Origin: Pristiophorus japonicus
Lineage: Eukaryota
Reading direction: 5' to 3'
Assembly (NCBI RefSeq): GCF_044704955.1
Contig: NC_091995.1
Coordinates: 51,460,001-51,524,000, forward strand
DNA length: 64,000 nt
The position numbers and the translations under genes were made by a program. Shown piece after piece: positions 49,056 to 60,334 of the stretch (positions within the stretch are counted from its first letter, which is position 1; each line of letters opens with the position of its first letter). The notes below the pieces were generated by a model. That model saw only the letters and a program-made list of their open reading frames with translations, did not search any database and was not told where the DNA came from.

Positions 49056-50189
49056 GTGAGTGGATTCATTTGAATGAATGCAGTAAACTGTGGGGTCATT
49101 TAAACTTTGGGGATTCCTACCATCAGCAATATCGAATGGATAGCCCATTGTCCACCCCGCCTGATTTTCCATTCCATTATACCTTCAATAGAAAGGAACA
49201 TCAAGCGAGGTGTACAATGGGGAACTAATTGGATATGGCCTACTTTGTACAATGTCTGGAAGGTGCCATTATCTCCAATTAATGATATTTTTAATACTGA
49301 GGGTGAAATTCAATGTCGGTGGGTATAAAATGGGCAGTAACAGCGAGTCCGCCCTTTAAACATGCTGTCTGATTGTCCTTTCCATTCAGTTGAAAGTAAA
49401 ATGGGCCGAGCTATATAACAGGCGGCTTTCCGCTACCACCCGTTTCGCAACCCTGCTGAAATAAAATTTCATTCCCGGGTGAAATTTTAAATATTATCAC
49501 AGGCGAAATATCGGCGCCTGTGAATCAGCTGCCGTTTTACATCTGGATCGATTTTCTGAAATTCGGGCATGGTATAAAGTGGGCGGCAGATTCACTATTG
49601 GCCATATTCACCTGTTGATAAAAGATTTTAAAAATCCACCGCCCACCAGTGATTATTGAATGATATTGGTATTATTACATTCAATTAATTGTATTGATAA
49701 TATTCGATTTATTGAATGGTTTTGCTGGTAATTTTACACGTAACACATCATATGCTTGTTGCGGCAATTTTTAACTTTTCAGGCAAAAATGTAAAGTTAT
49801 CAATATTAGACCTGCCTCCCGTTCTACACCTTGCTCAGATTCCATTTCCATTGGGTGAGGTACATAACAGGCCTGCTTTAAATTTTGACCAAAATTTAAA
49901 ATCTCCCCACTGATTCATGGTAATATTACCTTTAATGAAATATATCAGTAATAGATTTACTGAATGACGTTGGAAATATCACATTTTTGAATCATATCGG
50001 CAAAATTGTGTTTATTGATTTATAGCGTCAATATTCATATTATTGCACTTGTTGAATGGAATTGGTGAGCACCTATATAATATGTATGTATATATTTTGT
50101 GCTTCTAATGCCGTCTTATATCCAGCAGGCGGTTTATCAGAAAGGCGTACTGCACTGCCCGCAGTATTCCATCCATGCACTATTTTGTT

Positions 50190-50365
50190 TTATCTTTGCA
50201 CAATAGTGTAAAATGAGTGATATCAAACTGACTGCCCAGTTTTCTCCCTGCCTGATTTTCCCTTCCATTGACCTCAGTGGACATGAAAATCTGGCTGGTG
50301 CAAAATGGGCAGCCGATCCAATATTGCCCATTTTACACATTCACCCAAAGTCAAAATTACCCCTA
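50190..50365. mobile_element. Palindromic MITE (one of several in and around the class I gene)
   Basis: tgtaaaatgagtgatat / atattgcccattttacaca inverted arms around ccattgacctcagtgg. Confidence 0.6.
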
Positions 50366-51099
50366 TGGTGTCAATTCCACTGTAACAAGGTTGGAGGACA
50401 GGGAATGTTACCTATGCTGTTAAAACAGAATTCAGTCCCCAATTTAATGTCATACATTCTGGCCTGTATCCTGGGCTAATATTCTTGCATGTTATCTGCA
50501 GTTCAGTAGAAAAATTAATAGAAAATTGTGATGGTGAGAAGTTGAGTTGGTTTATATTGGGGATTTTCCAGAAGTATAGGTTGAAAAGTTGGACAATATA
50601 ACACCGAGGCGTTACAGTGCCACCACCGGAAGGTGTGTAAAATTACAGCCTGCTCATTTTACAGCAGCAACTCCCATATTAAATGGTGGCATATGGAATC
50701 ATAGAATGAGACCGTATGGAAAGAGGCCATTCGGTCCATCGTAGAACGGTCACCCATTACACCCTTTCCCAATTCTCCCTTCCTTTGGGGCCATAGTGAA
50801 TTGGCTGCCAATGTTACATCTTTGAAGTTAACAGAGAAATAAATGGGTCAAGTGCAGACTGGGCTACTGATCCACTCTGAGACCATTTCCAACTTCTGGC
50901 AAAGACAATTTTTACCCCATCAGGGCATTGAATATAGCATCAGGGACTTGATGCTGACTTAAACAAAACACTGTTAAGACATTGTTAGCGTGTTAATGCA
51001 GTTCTGAGCACCTATATTAACACCAGGAAAAGTGTTTCACTAGAATGAGTGACTGTAGTTATGAAAAATAAATTGAAAAGTGGGGCATTTTCACAGAAA

Positions 51100-52290
51100 T
51101 AGACAAGGTTCGCGGAGGATGTGAGAGGTTTTCAAAGTTTTGTTGCTTTTTCAGAGAGTAAACAATGAATAATTGTTCCCCTGCCTGAGCTAACAGAGAA
51201 GGTTGATGAGGGTAATGAGGTACTATACATGAATTTACAAAAAGTCTTCGACAAAATTGAAGCCCATGGAATGAAAGGGATAGTGGCAGCATGGACACGA
51301 AATTGGCTAGCGATCGGAACTAGGACCACTGCTTTTCTTTAGATATATTCATGGCTTGGACGTGGGTATAAAAGGCACAAATTCAATTTTTTCAGATGAC
51401 ACAAATGTTGGAAGTATAGAGAGCAATGAGGAGGCAAGTGATGACTTCAGCAAGACATAGACAGGCGGATGAAAAGGGCAGACACGTGGCAGATCAAGTT
51501 TAACGCAGTAAATTGTGAAGTGATGCATTTTGATAGAAATAATGAGGAGAGGACATATAAAGTAAATGGTACAATCATAAAGGGGGTCCCTGATCAGAGA
51601 GACATGGGTGTATATGTGCAAAAATCGTTTAAGGTGGCAGGGCAGGTTGAGACAGCAGTTAAACAGGCTTACGTGATCCTGGGCTTCATAAATTGAGGTA
51701 TAGAGTACAAAAGTGTGAACATTATGACGATGCTGTCTAAAACACTGGTTCGGCCTCAACTGGAGTACTGTGTCCAATTCTGGGCACCACACTTTAGGAA
51801 GGATCTGAAGGCCTTAGAGAAGGTATAGAAAAGATTTACGAGAATGATACCAGTAATGAAGGACTTTAGTTACGTTGATAGATGGGAGAAGCTGGGGTTG
51901 TTCTTCTTGGAGAAGAGAAGATTGAGAGGAGATTTGATAGAGGTGTTCAAAATCATGATGGGTTTGGACAGCGTAGATAGAGAGAAACTGTTTCCATTGG
52001 CAGACAGGTCGAGAATCAGAGGACACAGATTTAAGGTGATTGGCAAAAGAACCTGAGGAAACGTAACTAAATACTGTTTTACACAGCGAGTGTTTAAGGT
52101 CTGGAATACACTGCCTGAAGGGGTGGTGGAGGCAAGCTCTAAAAGGGAATTGGATAAGTATCCGAAAGAAAAAAAAATCAGGGCTACGGGAAAGGCCAGG
52201 GTAGTGGGACTAGCTGAGATCCGGCACAGCTCGACAGACCGAATGACCTTTATCCGTATTCTAACCATTGTATGATTCAATGATTCCATA
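51100..52290 (+). mobile_element. Decayed CR1 in intron 2
   Basis: WQIKFNAVNCEVMHF; RLRGDLIEVFKI; tgattc-type tail. Confidence 0.88.
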
Positions 52291-52698
52291 GGAATTGTTA
52301 ATTAGAGGCACACAGTCACTAGAACAACGGATGGTAGAAATTAGGATTTTTCCCGTTAGAATATGCAATGCTACTGAGGCAGTTACCACAACATAACTTA
52401 AAAGGGAACTCGATAAATATATGAAAATGAAGATGCTAGAAAGAAATGAACATCGGCAGGGAAATAGAACTAAAGCAGAAAGCCCCTGTCTAAATTTGGC
52501 GCCAAATGTTCTCTTTCTGTGCTGTAGATTCTATATCTCTGTGTAACGATGCTTGTTTCAAATACTAAATTCCATTTCTACCCGAAGTAATGGAGAGACT
52601 GACTGGATGTGCAGTGACTAGAAAATAGCTGACATTCTCAGACGGTGTGAAAAAAGCGATAATTATGTAGCTATTGATCGGTTGAATAACTGTTCTAG

Positions 52699-52974
52699 GT
52701 ACTCACTACATTCAAGGACTGTTTGGCTGTGAGCTGCATGATGCCAGTCCTATTGGAGGGGTTCTGAAATTGGCTTATGATGGAAGATATGCATTTAGTT
52801 TTGATAAAGACACATTGGTTTGGACTGTACATGATCCAATAGCTCAGACGTCCAAAGTGAAATGGGATAAGGAAACAAAGTTGAACCGTTACTTCAAGAG
52901 CTTGATAGAAAAGGACTGCGTGAATTTATGGAGGACATACTATTCAATTGGAAATGTATCACTAACCAGAAAAG
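52699..52974 (+). CDS. Non-classical MHC class I gene, alpha2 exon (276 nt)
   Basis: Acceptor gttctag, donor G|GTAAGT; THYIQGLFGCEL...AYDG...KW...DCV...GNVSLTRK with the C101/C164 pair. Confidence 0.96.
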
Positions 52975-53183
52975 GTAAGTTCAGAACAACCTGGGGATAG
53001 TGTACAATGGGCGATATTGGACCATCTTCCAGTACGCACCTCGCCCCATTCTCCTTTAACAGGCAGCCGATCCAATATCGCCCATTTTAGACTAGCGGCA
53101 TAAGTTCAAGTGATCCCCCTGATTTTATTTTGAAATGTGCACCTTATATTGAAGTTGAAAATAATTGTCATTCTATCATGTAG

Positions 53184-53449
53184 TTTCCCCTGAGGTCTCA
53201 GTTATTGCCAGGGCTGGTGATCGTTGGTTTCTCCACTGCATTGTGATTGGATTTTACCCGCAGTCCATTAGTGTGACCTGGTTGAAGAATGGAGAACATG
53301 TCCATGAGACCAAATCTACTGGAGTATTACCCAATGAAGATGGACGTATCAGCGAATGACAAGTCTTGAATTTGATCCGTATGATGGGAAACAATACTCC
53401 TGTCATATTGAACACAGCAGCTTGTCAGGTGGGAAGACTGTCCCCTGGG
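53184..53449 (+). CDS. Non-classical MHC class I gene, alpha3 (Ig C1) exon with a 1-bp deletion
   Basis: VSPEV...LHCIVIGFYP..ISVTW...LPNEDG, then after a shift TYQ...YSCHIEHSSL...PW G|GTAAGG; 266 nt versus the 267 needed to stay in frame. Confidence 0.93.
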
Positions 53450-56400
53450 GTAAGGACATGAGCAGCAACACTGAACAATCCATCAATAATCCCAAACATC
53501 CCATACAGGGAGAGAGCAGAAAGGGATCAATGAAATGAATAACTGAATCAAATTGGCCATTGTCTCCTTGCTTTTCTACTCTACTCTACAAATGAACAGG
53601 ATATTCTGCTTCCCAGTGATTTGTATGTGTTATTATTTGGTCTGCTGTGCTGTTGCTTATGGACATGATCAGGAACATTAAAATCTGTCACTCCCTATAA
53701 CTGTCATTTCTTGCCCATCACTTTTCTCTGTCTTGCACTTACTGTCAGTTTATTTACACGTAAAACCACACTTTTGTTATCTATGTTCTTCAGGCTGCCT
53801 GTGAGTGTTTCTCATTCTTTCTGTCGCTTTTCGTAACTTTATTTTATCTTCTGACTCTTCCATAATCTTTACCCACCCCTCCTTATGTACGCCCCGCACA
53901 CTTGCTTTCTCTATATATATTTCTCATTGATTCTTACTGTCTATCTCCTCTTTATACACCTCCTCACCACCCCCGCCCCCGCACCCCGCCGGCTCCCCCA
54001 ACCACACACACACATGATCTCAGAGTTCAATAGGAAACAATTCCTTATTCACAGTCTATCTGGGTTCGAGAATGGATTAATCTGCATTCACCATCCACGC
54101 TCAGACAGCAGACTCCTCATTTGCCTGAGTTGTTGTTGTTTCATTGTTTGTTTCTGCTTTCTCATTGTTGTTCCCTTGCACTGTGTTTCTGGAGCTGCTC
54201 GATTTCTGAGCTTGAACGTTTGCTCTGTGCTAAACTATTTCACTCTCAGCGCCAGTGTTTTTTTGATTACGTTGTCTCTTTGCTCTGGTGGGGAATAAGG
54301 GGACGGGTCACCTTGAGGAGGATTGTGGAAGTGTTGTGAGGAAAGAGTATTGAAATGTAGTGCACTGAGGAAGCGATGATAAGATTATGCGGCCGGATGG
54401 CAAGGGTGAGGCTGAACTGGCTCCTGAGGCGGGAATGGGTCTGATGTTCACAGGGAGCTGCAGGCAAGGAAGTTGGCGGATGAGGACTTTGCCCAGAGAG
54501 CAAAAATCTGTAGCAAGAGTGAAGGTTGGGGCAACACAAAGTACAGATGGGTGGAAACCCCCACAAAATAACCTAGAAAATGAAACAGCAGCCGTGATGC
54601 TATCAATTTAAAAAAAAAGATCAGCATTTTACTATTTAATGAAAAGTGAAACCTTCTGAAGATAGTTTGGTTAATTACAATTATCATGAGCTGCAACTTT
54701 GCACCTTGAGCCCCCTCCCATCACACGGACCTGTGGGAACGGTAGGAAGCTCGATCCCCCAGCCCTGGGAGCTGGTATAGTGGGTATCATTGATGCAACT
54801 GCCATTACTTACCCCTCATGTTGCTCCTATCACCAGACCCGCAGACACAGGCCTCGGCCATTTGTTTATCTGGCTCCTCTCACCCAGCGATCCAGGCGCG
54901 GTTGTGGGGGAGAGGACAGCTCGCTTTCCTCCTGCCTCGCTGGGCACAATGACCACAACCCCTTTCCTTGGTCTCCCAGCAGCACATTCATATCTCTGGC
55001 CCAGCCCCGATCAATCAGGAAACCGCGCTTCACTCTTCACAGCCTTTGGTTCTCCACGCCTCCCCCCACCCCCCAGTCACATTTACAGCATTCTCTCCTC
55101 GTGGACCAGAACCTGTGGTTACTCACAAAAACTAATGTTGATTGAGGGGCATCGGGGAAAACTAACCTTGCACTTCTATAAATAGTGCTATTGGACCTTT
55201 TACATCCACCAGAGAGGACTGATGGTTTAACGTCTTATCCGAAAGACCGCACCTCTGTCAAATTAACGTGCATGTTGAATTCTCTAATACGGGCTTATTC
55301 TGTCCACCTTTTTCTCCTGACAACTATTGGTTCCCAGGCATGGGCAGCCCTTGTGTACCTGGTCTGAGGAGCCGCACTTCATGTGTGTTGCCCTAGACAC
55401 GGAGGTCCTGTGTTCATAGAGCCGCCCTTTCCTGCTGGGGTCATTGGATGGACATCAGGAGCAGAACGCCAGCTATTTCTCTCCTTTCAAGCCCAGGAAT
55501 CCTGGAGCCAATGTGAACTCTGCGACAGCAGCGACCAGTGCACTGAGCAGGAGCCTGGCTGACAGGGCCTAGTACCAGTTAGGACGGTGCATTTTCAGGC
55601 CGAGATTTGGCATCGAGATCCATTTCTCTGTAATACTTCCAATAAACTGGATGTCCTTGTTGGACTGTGAGCATCTAGCCAGTAGAAGGAGGCCAGTTGC
55701 AGTTAGGTATTTGTGAACTGCGGGTCCTTCTAGTGAACCAGTATTAAACAGAGGCTGTGAGTTCCTGATTTCAGCCTCCCATCAGGAATGGCAACCAGCA
55801 GGTGTTTCCCACTGGAACTGAGGGGGAATGGGAACTGAAGCGTCCGACTTCTTGCAGTGTAGAATTTACAGAGGATTGGATAACGGACACCTTAAGGGAG
55901 CTAACGGAGAGCGCCTTGTAAGGGGAAGAACCATGAAAAGCGTGTGAACAAGTCACTTCATTCTCTGTACTGTGTTCTGCTCCATCATCTCGGGATTGTG
56001 TAACATTTGTATTTCACTCCCTAGATTACAATGTTGTTTAACCAGAACAGAGAGGGTCAAACACCAGACTTGTCTTGGATCCAGGAACAAGCTGAAAGAG
56101 TAATCGTGCATTAATTGTATTATTATTGAAACAACACGATTTGTATAAACATTTCCCCCATGCTTTATGCTTCAGTCACTGTATTAAAATATTTTAACTT
56201 GCTTAGCATTGAAGCAACATTGTCAAATCTCATCTACAATTGCACAAATTGGCGCTTTAGGTATTACAGAACCGCCCCGCAGAATGAAGGCACACCAGGG
56301 ATTTTAAAATAAATCTTGTTAATATTCTTACATTATTATCACAAACGTCATTTCATTTTCCTTCTACTCTTATCTCCCGAAGGCTTGACTCTGACATTGG

Positions 56401-56719
56401 CCTCAGGGAAACAGTCTCCTCTTGTGAACAGAAACAGTTACTATGGGAACACGATTCATTGTCTGGAAACACAGCTGAACCCGCTCCTGATCACACACTC
56501 ACATTTCACCTGCAGTAACGCCAATACAGTGGTCCGGAGCAAATCCAGTGTAACTGAAGGGAGCGAGGCCAGTGTAATCCATCTGTTGCTAATCCGGGAT
56601 TAAAATGCGAATGAGAATAAGACGGATTTATCACTGCTGGCCAATCTGCAAAGAGCCTTCCAGGCTCCAGCGGCAAGATGAAAATCTTCTGCAGAGAGTC
56701 AAGTTGAAATATTCCGACA

Positions 56720-58375
56720 GGGGCTATGGCGGGGGGGGGGGGCGGAACTTAACACAATCATAATCACTAAAGAGGTGGTACTCAGTAAAATGACGGGCCT
56801 AAAGGAAGATAAATCCCCTGGAACTGATGGCTTGCATCCTTGGGTCTTAAGAGAAGTAGCGGCAGTAGTGGATGTATTGGTTGTAATTTACCAAAATTGC
56901 CTGGATTCTGGGGAGGTCCCGGCAGATTGGAAAACTGCAAATGTAACGCCCCTTTTGAAAAAAGGAGGTAGACAAAAAGCAGGAAACTATAGACCAGTTA
57001 GCCTAACATCTGTAATTGGGAAAATGTTGGAGTCCATTATTAAAGAAGCAGTAGCAAGACGTTTGGATGAGCAAAATTGGGTCAGGCAGAGTCAGCATGG
57101 ACTTTTGAAGGGGAAGTCATGTTTGACAAATTTGCTGGAGTTCTTTGAGGATGTACGAACAGGGTGGATAAAGGGCAACCAGTGGATGTGGTGTATTTCG
57201 AATTCCAGAATGCATTTGAGAAGGTACCGCAGAAAAGGTTACTGTACAAGATAAAAGTTCACGGGGTTTGGGATAATATTTTAGCATGGATAGAGGATTG
57301 GCTAAATAACAGAGACAGAGAGTCAGGATAAATGATTCATTCTCTGGTTGGCAACCAGTAACTAGTGGGGTGCCACAGGGATCAATGCTGGGATCCCAAT
57401 ATTTACAATCTATATTAATGTCTTGGAAGAAAGGACCGAGTGTAATGTAGCCAAGTTTGCTGATGATACAAAGATGGGAGGACACAAGGGGAAATCTGCA
57501 AAAGGACCGAGGCAGGCTAAGTGAGTGGGCAAAAAATTGGCACATGGAATATAATGTTGGAAAGTGTGAGGTCATGCACTTTGGCAGAAAAAAAATCGAA
57601 GAGCATGTCATTGTTTAAATGGAGAAGGATTGCATAGTGCCGCAGTGTAGCGGGACTTGGGGGTACTTGTGCATGAAACACAAAAGAATAGTATGCAGGT
57701 ACAGCAAGTGATCAGGAAGCCAAATGGTATCTTGGCCTTTATTGCAAAGCAGACGGAGTATAAAAGCAGGAACGTCTTGCTACAGCTATATAAGGTATTG
57801 GTGAGGCCACACCTGGAATACTGCATGCAGTTTTGGTTTCCAAATTTACAGAAATATATACTTGCTTTGGAGGCAGTTCAGAGAAGGTTCAATATGTTAA
57901 TTCCGGGGATGAGGGCATTAACTTATGAGGAAAGTTGAATCGGTTGGGCCTTTACTCATTGGAATTTAGAAGAATGAGAGGTGATCTTATCGAAACATAT
58001 ACGATTATGAGGGGGCTTGAGAAGATGGATGCAGAGAAGATGTTTCCACTGGTGGACCAGGCTAGAACCAGAGGTCATGATCTTAGAATAAGGGGCTGCC
58101 CATTTAAAACAGCGATGAGGAGAAATTTCTTCTTTCAGGGAATTGTAAATCTGTGGAATTCGCTGCCTCAGAGAGCTGTGGAAGCTGGGACATTGAATAA
58201 ATTTAAGTCAGAAATAGACAGTTTCTTAAACGATAAGAGGATAAGGGGTTATGGGGAGTAGGTGGGGAAATGGAGCTGAGTCCATGATCAGATCAGCCAC
58301 GATCTTATTGAATGGTGGAGCAGGCTCAAGGGGCCGGATGGCATACTCCTGTTCCTATTTCTTCTGTTCTTATGA
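56720..58375 (+). mobile_element. 5'-truncated CR1 (RT to tail)
   Basis: ORFs 56775-57254, 57657-57938 and 57935-58261; ttcttatg tail. Confidence 0.93.
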
Positions 58376-58731
58376 AATTTGAAATGTCACACAACTACGA
58401 ATAGATTCAGGGAATATTTGAGAGAGAGCGGCGTGGGCATAAAACTGGCTTTATTGTTTCGGCTGGCGTTTTATAACCGCCACCCGATTGTCCTTTCATT
58501 GAACTAGATCCCGCCAGAGATGAAAGTTCCAGCAGCCCAGGGGGAAATTCACCTTCAGGTGCGGCACTATACAGCCGGTGGCAGGTTGGCCGCTCATTAC
58601 ACACCCGCCCGACATTCCTCTCCATAAAACTCTACCGAAAATAGCCTCCATCTTATTGAGCGAATAACAGGCGGTGCATCAACTGCTGCCCGTGTTGCAT
58701 AATTAAGATGGAAGCGAGTCTCAATACTTTT

Positions 58732-58920
58732 AATAAAAACAGAAAATGCTGGAAATTATCAGCGGGTTAGGCAGCTGATATGGAGAGAGAAACAATATTT
58801 ACATTTCAGGTCGATGACGAAAGGGTTCTCTCTCCAAAGATGCCGTCTGACCCGCTGCATATTTTCAGTATTTTCTGGGGTTTTTTCAGACGCCCTGCAT
58901 CCGCAGTGTTTTGCTATTTT
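58732..58920. mobile_element. Second palindromic Penelope-derived short element
   Basis: aaaacagaaaatgctggaaat...cagcgggttaggcagc and its inverted copy, similar to 31315-31495. Confidence 0.7.
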
Positions 58921-58964
58921 GTTAATTATCTGTAGTCAGTTCTGGTTAGACTCAGACACTTCAA

Positions 58965-59846
58965 TTATTTCCCTACATTAATAATAAGAGCCAAGGGATA
59001 TTTAATCAAATTCTTCAACTCCTTTCTGAATTTAGTCTGGGACACTGCATAAATAATGGTGTTTGCGCAAGAACTCAAATCATGCAACATATATCCAGTT
59101 CGTCCCATGATGGTGGAAGGATTACTGTAGTCTGTGCGCAAATATTGAACATCAATAATTTGCACACATACATAATGAATAAAGGTTACCATACATAACA
59201 ATATAAAACTACCAGATATGACCAGCAGTAAAACAATGGATTTTCAGCGTTTTTTCATTTCTGGGTCACTGTCGTTGCTCTAGAGATTCTCCTCAGTCTA
59301 CTTGTCAGCAGAATATGCTTGATGATCAGACCATTGAATATCGGAATCAAAAGAAACGGAATCAAAGGCATTAAAGCTGCATCAAGCCATAAGGATGTGA
59401 CCCATATAGGTACAGTGTAGAGGCTGGATTTCACATCGCAGAACCATGGTATATTGTTATTGATTACTTGAGGTTCTAAAGTAAAATAAATGGGGTTCTA
59501 AAGTAAATTAGATGCTCAGCCCCATTTCATTGTGACAACCACCGCTGCAGTTTTTTTGTGCAATATTGGATCTTATTGTGTGGCGATAAATGGTGACAAA
59601 TCGACCAAAGATGAAATCGACAGTTAACCAAACAGAACATTCAGCAGAAGCAAAAATCAGGAACACATTCAGACTGCAATGCGGAGGGCAGTCCAGGAAT
59701 TAATCCAGGACATAAATTTAATTCATCTGATACAGCATCACATCAAAGATCAGGACCAGTAGATTAGCCACCAGTTAAATAGAGATTTATTTGGAGAGAC
59801 CGTATGTACTTCCCCCAGGAAATAATCATAATTGTCACAAAGTTGG
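58965..59846 (-). pseudogene. Rhodopsin-class GPCR pseudogene, GPR139/GPR142-like (main exon)
   Basis: NFVTIMIISWGK..GLSK; NLLVLIFDV; CSVWLTVDFIFGRFV (degenerate DRF); PWFC; LSSCANTIIYAVSQTKFRKEL; several stops and frameshifts. Confidence 0.85.
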
Positions 59847-60334
59847 TTTCAAGTGCGAGAGTGAAGAAATAATGCTTATGGTCATCAAAAGTAATTCGAA
59901 CAAAAGAACGGGCAATAATTTATGCTCATTTTCCCATCACTTAAATTATTCACTGAATGTGCCACGCAAAAGTGGAAATCCTGAGGACACATTACTATTT
60001 ATCGATTCGCGTCACATCATTTATTGCTTGAATTACATCAAAGGAAAGTAATAACTTGTGAAATTGGGTAACTTCTAGGGGGAAAATACGTCCCATTATT
60101 GCCTCCGATTAGCGACAGCAGGTGGCGCTAATGAGGCGCTATGGCAGTGTCGCTGGGGGGAGGTGAATCCAATGACACATGCCAAATCCCCACCACCCAT
60201 CTACGATGGCAGTCGTCAGAGCTCACGTGGCATCAAGCTGAGATTGAATGAGAGCAGCCTGAAATCTGATGTTACCAAGCACAGACTGCACTACAGCATT
60301 CGGAGATTGTGTCGCTTCCATCTGTGCTGCATTG

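Noticed and set aside
53600-53668. DILLPSDLYVLLFGLLCCCLWT* as the TM exon
   Set aside because: Its acceptor is phase 0, incompatible with the phase-1 alpha3 donor.
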